Origin: an uncultured archaeon | Lineage (GTDB): Archaea; Asgardarchaeota; Thorarchaeia; Thorarchaeales; Thorarchaeaceae | Direction: 5' to 3' | NCBI GenBank assembly: GCA_964473825.1 | Contig: CAYYQL010000002.1 | Location: forward strand, 32,001-96,000 | DNA length: 64,000 nt | Shown: positions 8,911 to 19,819 of the stretch, one piece after another | Layout of the letters: every line of letters begins with the position of its first letter | How positions within the stretch are numbered: position 1 is the first letter of the stretch | Position numbers and translations under genes: made by a program | Notes under the pieces: model-generated | Database searches by the model: none | What the model was told of the DNA's origin: nothing | The model's input: the letters and a program-made list of their open reading frames with translations, nothing else

Positions 8911-11139
8911 TCATGAGGATATTCGCGCCTCAGTAAGATGGTCAAGTATCTTGGAGAAGACCTCTTTCTTGGGTCCCTTGGCCAGTTTGGCAAGACGCTC
9001 TACTATCAGTTCAGGGGTGCTTCTTGCTAAATATCCAAACCTCGGCGTTCGATCCACTATCAGCTCCAGTTCCTGATTGAGGCCCTTGGCCTCGATACCA
9101 TCAATCCGAACAGGAACCTGAGCGACCTCCTTTATCTCGCGAGCAAGATGACTACAAATGACTGTTGCACTGTTCGGGTCGTCTTGAAGAATCTCGATGA
9201 GTCCTGCAATCACATTGGCCGCACTGCCTGGTTCTGTGATAGCCTCTACCTCGTCGAAGAGTACTAGTTTTGACCTATCTGACACTACAATGTCAGCAAA
9301 TTGCTCTAAGGTTGTTTCAAAGGCCCCTGCATTCACCATTCCCTTACTCTTGTAGAAGAAGAAGAGTTCCTCAAAGACTCTCAGATGTACTTCTTCAGCA
9401 GGGACAGGGAGGCCGGTCTGTGCCATGGTGACTATCTGTGCAAGTGTCTGAATCGTGGTAGTCTTGCCACCGCTATTTGCTCCCGACAGGATCGCGCAGT
9501 TCTCACCATTGGTACCCTCAGGTCGGATGGGCGTGACTCCAATGGCGTAGTCGATAGGCTGGACCGGGCCATGTTTGCCCTTCAGCATGCTCTCAACCAG
9601 AAAGAGATTGCGCGCGTTCCTGACACCCACACCTGAGTACTCCAGTGAGATCTCAGGAAGGTGAAGATCATATTCTCTGGCAAACAGACCAACTGCCAGA
9701 AACAGGTCGAACTCAAGCAGCGTCTGTACCGCCTTGTCAACTGGATCCCTCAGCTGGTCCAGCTCGCCTGCTATTTTTTTGATGATTCTGAATTGTTTCT
9801 CAGCAAAGAGGCGCCTGAGGCGGTCTTCTAGCTCGTTGATTCGGGTAGCAACCATCTGGACAGGAAGTGAAATCTCTTCGCTGATTATACCCGTTACCCA
9901 GTCCGCCTCACGAGGTGTGAGCCCGAGCATATTGACCAGGCGATTTTCGGCCTCTTGGATTGTGGTCGTGAAAGTTTCTACTATCTCTGCGGGCAGCATG
10001 TTTCTCAGTGCCCCAGCATCTGCACCATCCATATCAGCGGACTGCAAAATACTGATAATCTGTTGTCCTCCAAGCGTCACTTCGCTACTGGATATTCTCG
10101 AGTTTATCTCATCATTTAGCCATGCTTCGACCTCTGCGATAGCTGTTGGGAATGCTTTCACTGACTTCCTAAATCGATCGAGCTCGCTATTGACCCCCAT
10201 AGCTATGGAACCAGATTCGTCTATGAAGTCCAGTAGTTCACTGACCTTTGTCAGGCTCTCAAAGTCTAGGCCATCTATGAATTGCTGGACGGTCGTGTTT
10301 GAAGGAATGCTCTTGAAAATCGTGGCTATCTCACATGCAGCATCAATGACACGATAATTCTTGGAGTAGAAACTCACCGTCTGCTCGGGGATGATATCTC
10401 CTACTTTCCAGTCTTTGCCAATGATTTCAACATTCTCCATCAAATCCAGCGAGTCATCATATACTCCATATGGAGAGATATACATCACAAGATCGTAACC
10501 CTGAGCGTAATCGGTTGCACTCTCATCTTCGGACAGAATATAGACTGGGCACCATTTGTCAACTTTCTCCTCCACCAGTCTATCAAAGGTCTTCTCGTCA
10601 TTGGTGAGGACAACTCGACCATCCAAGCGTTGGTGCTGTATCCTCTTGAAGAGAGCTCGCACTTGACCCAAGTTCTTTCGAAGCTGTGCTTTCTGGTCCT
10701 CCGTCAATCCTTGGGCCATCTCCAATGCATCAGCAAAATACGCTTGACGTTCTCGAATCACGTCAATCTTGTCAGGGGGAAGTGGAAAGTACAAGACTAG
10801 CTTGTCCTTGGCATAAGTCGTATTGGTATATCCCCGGATAATGTCCAGGATAGACTCGAAGATTCTTCGGATATCATGGCTTCGCATAATGGTATACGAG
10901 TTGGCGCCAAACTCGTGCTCAAACGCACCCTTCACAATATTGACAGCTTGACGGTCACCTATTCCCGGTACAGCAGCTACAAGGTCAACTCGAGAGTCCA
11001 TAATAACCTTGAGTGCAACGGCTTCGTTTCCGAAGTGCTCTATGAGAGCTTGCTTCATCTTCTTGCCCACACCAGGAATGTCAGATAGATTAGATATACT
11101 CACTCTAAGTTCCCCTGTAGCTAAGGCTGTCTTTTGCAT
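8911..11139 (-). CDS. MutS-related ATPase (archaeal MutS2/MutS5-like) with N-terminal HhH motifs
   Basis: IPGVG and VPGIG HhH motifs; GANSGGKTT Walker A; AGAFE; LFDEVE Walker B; CSHL. Confidence 0.85.
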   Translation of the reverse strand: MQKTALATGELRVSISNLSDIPGVGKKMKQALIEHFGNEAVALKVIMDSRVDLVAAVPGIGDRQAVNIVKGAFEHEFGANSYTIMRSHDIRRIFESILDIIRGYTNTTYAKDKLVLYFPLPPDKIDVIRERQAYFADALEMAQGLTEDQKAQLRKNLGQVRALFKRIQHQRLDGRVVLTNDEKTFDRLVEEKVDKWCPVYILSEDESATDYAQGYDLVMYISPYGVYDDSLDLMENVEIIGKDWKVGDIIPEQTVSFYSKNYRVIDAACEIATIFKSIPSNTTVQQFIDGLDFESLTKVSELLDFIDESGSIAMGVNSELDRFRKSVKAFPTAIAEVEAWLNDEINSRISSSEVTLGGQQIISILQSADMDGADAGALRNMLPAEIVETFTTTIQEAENRLVNMLGLTPREADWVTGIISEEISLPVQMVATRINELEDRLRRLFAEKQFRIIKKIAGELDQLRDPVDKAVQTLLEFDLFLAVGLFAREYDLHLPEISLEYSGVGVRNARNLFLVESMLKGKHGPVQPIDYAIGVTPIRPEGTNGENCAILSGANSGGKTTTIQTLAQIVTMAQTGLPVPAEEVHLRVFEELFFFYKSKGMVNAGAFETTLEQFADIVVSDRSKLVLFDEVEAITEPGSAANVIAGLIEILQDDPNSATVICSHLAREIKEVAQVPVRIDGIEAKGLNQELELIVDRTPRFGYLARSTPELIVERLAKLAKGPKKEVFSKILDHLTEARISS

Positions 11140-11211
11140 TCATGATGCTTGTCCTAAAAACGTTGACTCTCGGTCAAATGGAGAGAGCAGCATCTGCTCA
11201 TTCTCTTCTGG

Positions 11212-12347
11212 CTAGTATCCAAGATCGAGATCAACGATGTTTAGCGGCTTCTCACCATGAATAAACCGTAGGAGATTCTTCCCTACGAATCTAATCTGGT
11301 CATGCATTATATGCTCCGAGTAGGCGCCCCTATGTGGGGAGACCACAATATTATCTAGTTCGTGAAAAGGGGCTCTGTAAAATAACTCTCATATTGTTCA
11401 CGAAATGAATTCTGTGAACAACGAAATGGGTCTCTTCTGATAGTTTTGAGTTGCTCCATACAAGTTTTCCTTTATCTAAGCCATGTGAACTCGATTTATT
11501 TTACAGGTCCGTGAAAAGGGAAGTGCTTAGAAGGAAGAACACCTGACCCACCCCACTGTTGCGGGTAATCCCACCAGACATCAAGAGCGGCACCACGTAT
11601 TCGTTTCTCGTCTAGGGCATGAAAGAGTGCCTCTTCATCAACGATGTGTGCTCTTGAAACGTTCACCAATACTGATGTTTTCTTCATCCACGACAGAAAC
11701 TCATCATCCACCAGCTTGCGGGTCTCTTGGGTTAGAGGCAGGGTCAGAAACACAAAGTCCGAATCCGATACTGCCTGTGCTATCTCTTCAGGACCAAGCA
11801 TCTTATCCACTAGATGTGCATGTGGCGACTGACCAGACCGTGTCACAGCCTTCAAGTGGACATCGAAGCATTGAAGACGTTTCGCCAGTTCAGTACCTAC
11901 ACTTCCTAACCCAACGATTAGCACCTGCTTATGCCGAATCTCGATATTGGGACTGGAACCTCCCCAACCATATCTCCAGTTACCGCTGCGCAGCTCCCTA
12001 TCATTCACGATGATATTCTTTGTGACAGCCAAGAGAAGCATGAGTGCATACTCTGCAACCTCTGCGGCATTGACATGAGAATTACACACGAGAACGTCAC
12101 CTCGTTCACGCACTGCGTCAAGATCTATCTTGTCGATACCGGCTCCAAACGCTTGTATCATCCTGAGTTGCTCAGCACGTTCTATGTACTCCCTTGGGAC
12201 ACGACCTGAAGCGACAGCAACGGCATCATGCCCCTTCTCGAGCATATCCTCAGCCGTGCGTTCGGATTGCACAATCTCAGCCTGCGATCCGACTGTTTCT
12301 CGAATTTGTTCTACTATGTCATTGCCATACGGAACCAGTATCTTCAT
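11212..12347 (-). pseudogene. D-2-hydroxyacid dehydrogenase disrupted by a MITE
   Basis: GLGSVG, NVSRA and ALDVW motifs; removing the MITE and one TSD rejoins HFPFH to ELDNIVVSPHRGAYS...VDLDLGY*. Confidence 0.9.
11371..11510. mobile_element. 140-bp MITE (type A, copy 1)
   Basis: TIRs GGCTCTGTAAAATAA / TTATTTTACAGGTCC; 9-bp TSD GTGAAAAGG (11362-11370, 11511-11519); near-identical inverted copy at 29127-29266. Confidence 0.93.
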
Positions 12348-12435
12348 CGTGGAACTCTCCCAAAACCCCAAGAGATTAGCCAAGACAGGTGATAAATGAT
12401 TTCTAAGATGGGTCGCAGAGCCGTCCGTTTCACTG

Positions 12436-13917
12436 CTAGTATGATCTCGCCACATAGACAATGGCTTCAGCTGGCTTCCCACATACCACACAAACGCCGT
12501 CAGCCTTATCATCTACGTCGATTCGGGTGCCGAGGACATCTCCAGCAGTCTTGTCCTTAATCTCTTCGGCGCAGTGAAGACCATCCATATCGGTGCTGCA
12601 GAATTGTATTCTTGCAATCTTGCCATCTTCCATTGCATCTTGAATCCCGCCAATTGTTTCTACATCCACGATAAGATTCTCGAATTTCGACTCGGCTTGA
12701 GAACGAAGTGTCTTATCAATCTCAGCACCAAGCTCCTCAGTGAAAGCTACCACTCTGTCCAAAGGGATGGTTTCTCGTTCAAGGAGGTCTCGTCGAAAGA
12801 CAGATACTTTCTTCTGTTTTACCTCCCTAGGACCCACTTCCATTCGTATTGGAACGCCCTTCATCTCCCAGTGGTTGTATTTCCAGCCCGGTGTAGAGTC
12901 ATCATCGTCAAGATGGACGCGGATGCCAGCGGCGGATAGCGTTCCCTCCAATTCTCTACAATAGTCCAGCACTTCGTCTATGTCATCACCTCTAAAGATG
13001 GGCACAATAACGACTTGGTAAGGGGCGAGCCGATAGGGCAATCTAAGGCCCCGGTTGTCCCCATGAATCGAAATCATGGCGCCGTAGATTCGTGATATTG
13101 CAGGACCGTAACAGGTCTGCCAAGCATATACAGGTTCATTGTTCTCATCCACATACTTCACGTCGAAAGCGCGAGCGAAGTTGTCGCCTAAATCGTGTGT
13201 GGATGGAAGCTGGATGACCTTCCCGTCAGGCATGAGTGTGTCTGCCGCGTATGTATTCAGTCCACCAGGGAATTTGTCCCATTGGGTTCTCTTGAACACC
13301 ATCACGGGAATTCCGTAGTACTCTGTCACAACCTCCTTGGTGGTTTCGAGATCTTCCATGACCTGTTCCTTTGCCTCTTCATGGGTCGCAAAGACATTGT
13401 GAGACTCTATCCAGAGGAACTCTCTCCCTCTGAGAAACGGACGGGTACTCTTTACCTCGGAACGAAAGACGGTGCATCGTTGATAGCGTTTCATGGGTAA
13501 GTCGCGCCAGCTTCGAACCCAGAGAGAATACATCGGATATATTGCAGTCTCGCTGGTTGGCCTGAGGGCCAGTCGTTCCTCCAGTTCTTCTTGATCCCCG
13601 ATCTCACTGATCCAGAAGACCTGTGGGGTGAACCCTTCAACGTGGTCAGCCTCTCGTGTAAGATTGCTCTCAGGAATCACAGTGGGAAATATCATGGGTT
13701 GGTGACCTTTTCGATGGAGCACTGATTCGAGGAGGGCAAACATGATCTCCATCGAGATAACACTCCAGGGCATGAAGGGTGTAAACCCTTTCACACCATA
13801 CCTGATGTCAGCCAGTTCCGCGACTTTGCAAATCTCTCCAAACCAGTTCGGAAAGTCCTCGGTCTTATCGATGTCGAATATGACCTGTCTTGAGTCGCTC
13901 TTGTCATCATCGTTCAT
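12436..13917 (-). CDS. proS: Proline--tRNA ligase, archaeal/eukaryotic type
   Basis: LRPTSET, FRSE...PFLRGREFLW, GVPIRMEVGP, C-terminal ARSY. Confidence 0.95.
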   Translation of the reverse strand: MNDDDKSDSRQVIFDIDKTEDFPNWFGEICKVAELADIRYGVKGFTPFMPWSVISMEIMFALLESVLHRKGHQPMIFPTVIPESNLTREADHVEGFTPQVFWISEIGDQEELEERLALRPTSETAIYPMYSLWVRSWRDLPMKRYQRCTVFRSEVKSTRPFLRGREFLWIESHNVFATHEEAKEQVMEDLETTKEVVTEYYGIPVMVFKRTQWDKFPGGLNTYAADTLMPDGKVIQLPSTHDLGDNFARAFDVKYVDENNEPVYAWQTCYGPAISRIYGAMISIHGDNRGLRLPYRLAPYQVVIVPIFRGDDIDEVLDYCRELEGTLSAAGIRVHLDDDDSTPGWKYNHWEMKGVPIRMEVGPREVKQKKVSVFRRDLLERETIPLDRVVAFTEELGAEIDKTLRSQAESKFENLIVDVETIGGIQDAMEDGKIARIQFCSTDMDGLHCAEEIKDKTAGDVLGTRIDVDDKADGVCVVCGKPAEAIVYVARSY

Positions 13918-14070
13918 TCTATCATCCTCACAGATTTGCTAGAAGCGGAGAACAGACTGGAATACAGAAGGAGTCTATTGGAGGTGTGGAACGTATTCAC
14001 CTTGTGTCATTGTGCATTCTCCAATTTGTGCATCGATATGTACGCCTTATAAACTGTAGCTTACTAGTCG

Positions 14071-14592
14071 TCATCGCTTTGTCGTGGTCTCACCTACTTC
14101 TCTGATTCTTTCATCAAGTTTCCGGTCCTTAATCAACTTGGCAACAACTGGTGGAACAAGATGCTCCCAATCACCGCCCTCTCTAATCAGACTACGGATG
14201 TGGCTTCCGCTGTAGGTCTTTCGTTTGAGAAGATCGGTTTCGTCAATTTCGATGCCTGCATCCTTGAAGAGGCTTCTTACAAGGGGATTGTGCGTGTATG
14301 CCAGATCGAAAGGTGGTACGTAACTCTTCAAGTGGGAAACCCAGAGAGGATGGATGTGAATGTCTGATAGAGGGATAATATCAATGCGGTCTAATGGAAG
14401 ACTCTCAGCAATCAGGGTCCTCTTGATTAGATGGACTCGTTCACCACCACTGAATGGGTTGTCTGGCGTGTGCGAATACTGTGAGCTACCGATGACTATT
14501 ATCAGGTCCTGTTCTCTATCGAGAATCTGAGTTATGGTATGGAGATGGCCCTTATGGATGGGCTGGAATCTCCCTATGAAGACAGATCGCAT
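14071..14592 (-). CDS. nadM: Nicotinamide-nucleotide adenylyltransferase
   Basis: FIGRFQPIHKGH, SHTPDNPFSGGER, SGSHIR. Confidence 0.92.
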   Translation of the reverse strand: MRSVFIGRFQPIHKGHLHTITQILDREQDLIIVIGSSQYSHTPDNPFSGGERVHLIKRTLIAESLPLDRIDIIPLSDIHIHPLWVSHLKSYVPPFDLAYTHNPLVRSLFKDAGIEIDETDLLKRKTYSGSHIRSLIREGGDWEHLVPPVVAKLIKDRKLDERIREVGETTTKR

Positions 14593-14703
14593 ATTGACCA
14601 CATAATGCTGATGCTTGTACCACATAAGGATTCTGAAGCCATGTCTTGGTAATCCATGAAAGGGCTTAACAGTATGTCAACCAGATTAGTCATGGATAGT
14701 ACA

Positions 14704-15771
14704 ATGATTGAGATTGATGGCTCGTACGGCGAAGGAGGCGGACAGATCCTCCGTACCACTGTGGCTCTGTCAGCCCTCACAATGAAACCTGTCAAGGTCA
14801 CCAACATCAGGGCGGGGCGCAAGACTCCTGGGCTCAGAAATCAGCATATTGCCGGCATTAAACTTACGGGTCAGCTGGTCGACGCGGAAACGGCGGGCCT
14901 CTCTGAGGGAAGCATGGAGATTCAGTTCAGACCTCGCGAGAGAAAGGGAGGGAAATTCACATATGATATAGGCACCGCGGGATCCATATCACTGGTTCTG
15001 CAGGCCGTCATCCCTGCAGCGGTATTTGCCCCTGAACCAGTCGAATTTGAGATACGGGGCGGCACAGATGTGGCATGGAGCCCACCCATTGATTATATGA
15101 AGAATGTATTCGTTCCGATGGTCCGACATTTTGGTGTTAACGTTTCAATCGAGGTGATACGCAGAGGGCACTATCCGAAAGGTGGAGGACTTGTGAGATG
15201 TCACGTGGAGCCAACAACCGAGATAATATCAAAAGACATGGTAGAATTCGGTGAACTACATAAGGTGCTGGGAATATCCCATTGCGTCAGATTGCCGCGT
15301 CATGTCGCTAAGAGACAATCCAAGACTGCGGAAACGAATTTACGACACAAGGGGGTATCAGACATTGAAATTAAAATCGAGAGTTACTCTAAGGATGAAG
15401 ATCCGCATCTTGGTCCAGGCTCTGGTATAGTAATCTGGGCTGAATCTAACGATGGATTCCGAATTGGAGGTGACAGCCTTGGAGCTCGTGGAAAGCCCGC
15501 TGAGAAAGTGGGAGAGGAGGCTGCATATCGTCTTATCGATGCGCTCTCAACAGGGATGGCAGTGGATTCCAATCTTGGAGATATGCTCGTTCCCTACATG
15601 GCACTCAGCAGTGACGAAACGCGGATAGGGCTTGCAGAGATCACAAGACATCTGAAGACGAACGTGTGGGTTGTTGAGAGGATTCTTGGCTGTTCTACAA
15701 CACTGGAGGGAGAACTAGGTCGTAGCGGCATTCTCTCAGTTGCCGGAACCGGACCACTTCTCTCTGATTGA
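14704..15771 (+). CDS. rtcA: RNA 3'-terminal phosphate cyclase
   Basis: IDGSYGEGGGQILRT, GLRNQH, GGTDVAWSP, RGHYPKGGG, catalytic TRH. Confidence 0.95.
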   Translation: MIEIDGSYGEGGGQILRTTVALSALTMKPVKVTNIRAGRKTPGLRNQHIAGIKLTGQLVDAETAGLSEGSMEIQFRPRERKGGKFTYDIGTAGSISLVLQAVIPAAVFAPEPVEFEIRGGTDVAWSPPIDYMKNVFVPMVRHFGVNVSIEVIRRGHYPKGGGLVRCHVEPTTEIISKDMVEFGELHKVLGISHCVRLPRHVAKRQSKTAETNLRHKGVSDIEIKIESYSKDEDPHLGPGSGIVIWAESNDGFRIGGDSLGARGKPAEKVGEEAAYRLIDALSTGMAVDSNLGDMLVPYMALSSDETRIGLAEITRHLKTNVWVVERILGCSTTLEGELGRSGILSVAGTGPLLSD

Positions 15772-16809
15772 TTCCAGATACTCGTCAATGGCCTGCTGCA
15801 TAGGTTCAACATCAATCTCATCAAGTGCAGTCTTCATCAGTGTGTCAACACCCTTTCCTTCGGTTGCGACAATCTCGATTGCGCCAGGTAGTTTCTCCCT
15901 TGCAATCTCTAGTCTATCAGGAGGGGTAATGTCAACCTTATTGAAGGCGACGATGATGGGACTCAAAGGAAACATTCTCCGAACCTCATTGTATAGGTTG
16001 ATCTGTGCGTCAATAGACCAGCCACAGGCCTCAGACGGGTCTAAGAGAAATAGTATCACTTGAGCAAGATATTTCAGGGCGGCAATTGCCTCCCTTTCGA
16101 TCTCGTTTCGATCTGACATGGGGCGATCCAGTATTCCGGGAGTGTCAACCACCTGTATCTGATGTCCCTCCATGGTCAGATGACCTACAATCACCTCTTT
16201 GGTCGTGAATGGGTAGTAAGCAACCTCAGGAGTGGCTGTAGAAACGCCTCGAACGAGTGTTGACTTTCCTACATTCGGGAATCCCGCACATACCAAAGTG
16301 GGAGAAAGAGGGCTGACCCCAGGGAGCCGGGCGAGTTTTCTCTTGGCATCAATGATGAAGTCCAAGTTTTCTGCAGTATCTCGCACTATGGATGCAATTC
16401 GCCCTTTTGCCGCACTTCGGAGACGTTTCATCTTTCGCGAGTCTTCAGCGAGTTTAAGAGCCTCGATATGATCATCAGCAATAGCATTGATGGGGGGAAT
16501 ACAGTTGTACACGGATCCAAGTGACTGCTTCAGCTTGTCAGTACCCACGATGATCTCTGCAAGTTCGCGGTAGAAGGGATGAAGCCTATCAAGAGAAGGA
16601 AACTCTTCTACGGCAATCTTGAGTTTGGTCTTTACTTGCTTCACGAACTCCTGTACACGACCAATCTCTCGGATCTTGGCACGTTGTTCTCGTGTGATTC
16701 GGAGTGAGCTCTTCCTACTTATCTTCTTGGACTTTCTGTGCGCAAACTCTATGATTTCATCTGCCTTCATCACTGTTGGCATACTGGCGAAAGGATTGAG
16801 TTTGCGCAT
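15736..16809 (-). CDS. NOG1-family GTP-binding protein
   Basis: HPFYREL, GFPNVGKS, YPFTT, DTPGILDR, NKVD. Confidence 0.92.
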   Translation of the reverse strand: MRKLNPFASMPTVMKADEIIEFAHRKSKKISRKSSLRITREQRAKIREIGRVQEFVKQVKTKLKIAVEEFPSLDRLHPFYRELAEIIVGTDKLKQSLGSVYNCIPPINAIADDHIEALKLAEDSRKMKRLRSAAKGRIASIVRDTAENLDFIIDAKRKLARLPGVSPLSPTLVCAGFPNVGKSTLVRGVSTATPEVAYYPFTTKEVIVGHLTMEGHQIQVVDTPGILDRPMSDRNEIEREAIAALKYLAQVILFLLDPSEACGWSIDAQINLYNEVRRMFPLSPIIVAFNKVDITPPDRLEIAREKLPGAIEIVATEGKGVDTLMKTALDEIDVEPMQQAIDEYLESIREKWSGSGN

Positions 16810-16922
16810 TCTTATCACATCGGGAGGAATCGGTCCCACAGTATTGGTGTTAAGTAAACGTTTTAAAAAGGAATGGAACTGACCATAGCTAACTGAATAA
16901 AGGCGTCGGAGGCCACAGACTA

Positions 16923-17516
16923 ATGTCACTCCCAACAGGTGCAACCGTAGTAGGAATCAAGTGTAAGGACGGCGTGGTAGTAGCTACTGATTCACTCATT
17001 AGCTGGGGAACAATGATTCTAACAGATAAGGGAGTCAAGGCATTCAAGCTGACAGACACCATCGTTCTGGCATCTGCTGGACTCACCTCAGACTACCAGA
17101 TGCTAGTCAATCGGCTCAAGGCTCAAATTAAGTTGTATGAGATGAGAGAGAAGAAGGACATGAGTGTGAAGGCACTGGCCAAGATGGTTGCAAACACTCT
17201 CTACGCGCGGAGATTCGCTCCTCTTTTCGTTCAGACTGTCATAGTTGGGGTTGATGATGACGGTCCTGCGCTGTATTCACTAGACATGGGTGGATCACTC
17301 CTGCCAGAAGATGTCACCGCAGCAGGAAGTGGGACCCAGATGGCGTTCGGTGTTCTTGAGAAGATGTATGAAGAGGATCTGACTGTCAAGGATGCCGAGG
17401 ATATTGCTGCACAGGCGGTTCGAGCAGGGATTGCCCGTGATGCCCAGTCAGGCGGGAAGATTCATCTCATGATTGTGACTGAGAAGGGCGTCAAAGAGAA
17501 GAGCCTAGAACACTGA
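16923..17516 (+). CDS. psmB: Proteasome beta subunit, probably non-catalytic
   Basis: ATVVGIKCKDGVVVATD, GSG, RDAQSGG; Ala replaces the Thr1 nucleophile. Confidence 0.9.
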   Translation: MSLPTGATVVGIKCKDGVVVATDSLISWGTMILTDKGVKAFKLTDTIVLASAGLTSDYQMLVNRLKAQIKLYEMREKKDMSVKALAKMVANTLYARRFAPLFVQTVIVGVDDDGPALYSLDMGGSLLPEDVTAAGSGTQMAFGVLEKMYEEDLTVKDAEDIAAQAVRAGIARDAQSGGKIHLMIVTEKGVKEKSLEH

Positions 17517-17532
17517 AGATTGTGTCCCAATA

Positions 17533-18780
17533 TTGTCAAGAAATAGCCTTATCTTTCGCTTTCATAGACAGTCCAGATACAGTGCTGCAGCCCTGCTGGG
17601 GGCAATTGAGGTAGACCCACGACTGGATGATTGGGATGTCTATGCCCCTGAAGGAATCTCTGATTTTCTCATCACCGATTGTATTGCAAGGGGAGAAACG
17701 GTCATAGCACACTCAGTAATGAGCACCCAACTCAAACGTATCAGAAGAGAGGTCAAAAATATCAGACAGACCTTTGGCGACCGGGTGACCATTATTGGAG
17801 GGGGCCCTCATGCTAGTGCGAGCCCTCGTAGCCTGCTGGACACTGGATTTGACTACGTTGTAGTTGGAGAGGGAGAAAGGGCTTTTCCGCAGTTACTCTG
17901 GCATCTCGCCACTGACCGCGAGCCAGATTCAATAGCGGGAGTTGTTGGACCTCATTCGAAGACCTATCCTATCCCGAGGGAGTTGGATTATGTCGAGTTG
18001 GACCAGTATCCCCCCTTTGCACTAAACATGAATGTCGTTGGACCTATTGAAGTCACAAGAGGGTGCCCATTTGGATGTAAATTCTGTAGTACACCGTTCC
18101 TGTCTGGCGGGATTGTTCGCCACAGATCAATTGAGGCCGTCAAGCATTGGTTGACTCGGGCGGTAAACGAGAGAGGTTTTTCAAGAGCGTGGCTTCTGTC
18201 GCCAAACGCCTTATGCTATGGGGGCAGAGGACGAAGTGTTGAGAGGAAAGAGCTTGAGCGCCTGCTAAGTGAGTGTACATCTATCAACGGATTGGATGAG
18301 CTGTTTTTTGGGTCTTTTCCGTCCGAGGTGCGACCTGAATTTGTCGATAGACCAGTACTAGAAATGATGCGACAATATGTTGCCAATGAAACACTCCAAG
18401 TAGGTCTGCAATCGGGAAGCGATCGGGTGCTCAAAATATCTAACCGCCATCACACTGTACAGCAAGGAGTAGATGCGGCACGGATTGCCCTCGATTGTGG
18501 GTTTCGTGCTCATGTCGACATCATATTCGGTCTACCAGGTGAGAGAAAGGAGGATTTGGACCTCAGCTTGAAGACCTGTAACGAACTGATTGACATGGGC
18601 GCTATGTTACACGGACACGTCTTCATGCCATTACCCGGCAGTGCATTTGAGAATGAAGAACCCGGGGCGTTGGATGCGGAAACTAGGGCGATACTCGGCG
18701 AACTCTCTAGAAAGGGCTTGATGACCGGTTCATGGTGCAACCAAGAACAGCTGGGTGAAGACCTGTCGATTGGACAATAA
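17533..18780 (+). CDS. B12-binding domain radical SAM protein
   Basis: GGPHAS, GEGE, RGCPFGCKFC, GLQSGS. Confidence 0.88.
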   Translation: MSRNSLIFRFHRQSRYSAAALLGAIEVDPRLDDWDVYAPEGISDFLITDCIARGETVIAHSVMSTQLKRIRREVKNIRQTFGDRVTIIGGGPHASASPRSLLDTGFDYVVVGEGERAFPQLLWHLATDREPDSIAGVVGPHSKTYPIPRELDYVELDQYPPFALNMNVVGPIEVTRGCPFGCKFCSTPFLSGGIVRHRSIEAVKHWLTRAVNERGFSRAWLLSPNALCYGGRGRSVERKELERLLSECTSINGLDELFFGSFPSEVRPEFVDRPVLEMMRQYVANETLQVGLQSGSDRVLKISNRHHTVQQGVDAARIALDCGFRAHVDIIFGLPGERKEDLDLSLKTCNELIDMGAMLHGHVFMPLPGSAFENEEPGALDAETRAILGELSRKGLMTGSWCNQEQLGEDLSIGQ

Positions 18781-18841
18781 TGATTGTGCCAACTGGTAAA
18801 TGCTGATAAACAAGCGTTGGAGAATCTGAACAGGTGGTTCA

Positions 18842-19813
18842 TTGACTCAGGATATGCCCCCAGAACTCAAGGAGAGATTCCAAAGCCAAGGGTATCATCT
18901 GCTTGGCAAGAGGGGGGCATTCAAGGCTTGCCAATGGCAAAGGAAGAGCCTGATTGAAGGAAAGACCTGCTACAAGCAGAGATTCTATGGGATAGAATCG
19001 CATCGTTGCCTTCAGATGACTCCTACGGTGGACAAATGCACCCAGCAGTGCGAATTCTGTTGGAGAATCTTACCAGATGACGTGGGGGTAGAATGGGACC
19101 AGACTGACGTACACCGAGAAGACGTATTGCCTGCGGAGACTCTGTTGGAGGAAACGCTGAAGGCCAACCTCATGTCATTGGGAGGTTATAATCCAGAAGC
19201 AGGTGCTGACGTGTCAGAGAAGAAATATCGGGAGGCTAGGAATCCAAAACATGTGGCTATTTCTTTGGCTGGCGAACCAACACTCTATCCCTTCCTAAGC
19301 GACTTCATTGAGGCTGTAAAGAACAGGGATATGACCACGTTTCTGGTCACGAATGGTACACAGCCCGACACCCTGAGAAGACTCAAACTGCCAACCCAGT
19401 TGTATGTCACCCTAGCTGCACCCAATGAACGAATCTATAAGACATTGTGCAGGCCGTCGATGGTGGATGGCTGGAAGAGAATTCAGGAATCACAGGAAGT
19501 GTTGTCGACCCTATCATGCAGAACAGTGAATCGACTCACCATGGTTGAGAAATGCAACATGACAGACGTGCGTTCATATGCCGACATGATCCTAACAGGA
19601 GAACCCGATTTCGTCGAGGTTAAAGGATACATGTTCATTGGATCATCCCGAAACCGATTGCAGGCAGCCAATTCACCCTCACACAGATCAATCCGGGCGT
19701 TCTCAGATAAGTTAGAAGCAATGACAGGTTACCATGTAGTGGATGAACAGGTAGAGAGCAGAGTCGTTCTCCTGTCGCGCGAGGTCGATTATGATAGAAT
19801 CAGTGGAGTATGA
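18842..19813 (+). CDS. taw1: 4-demethylwyosine synthase TYW1/Taw1
   Basis: CYKQRFYGIESHRCLQMTP, CTQQCEFCWR, ISLAGEPT, FVEVKGY. Confidence 0.95.
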   Translation: MTQDMPPELKERFQSQGYHLLGKRGAFKACQWQRKSLIEGKTCYKQRFYGIESHRCLQMTPTVDKCTQQCEFCWRILPDDVGVEWDQTDVHREDVLPAETLLEETLKANLMSLGGYNPEAGADVSEKKYREARNPKHVAISLAGEPTLYPFLSDFIEAVKNRDMTTFLVTNGTQPDTLRRLKLPTQLYVTLAAPNERIYKTLCRPSMVDGWKRIQESQEVLSTLSCRTVNRLTMVEKCNMTDVRSYADMILTGEPDFVEVKGYMFIGSSRNRLQAANSPSHRSIRAFSDKLEAMTGYHVVDEQVESRVVLLSREVDYDRISGV

Positions 19814-19819
19814 ACAAAA

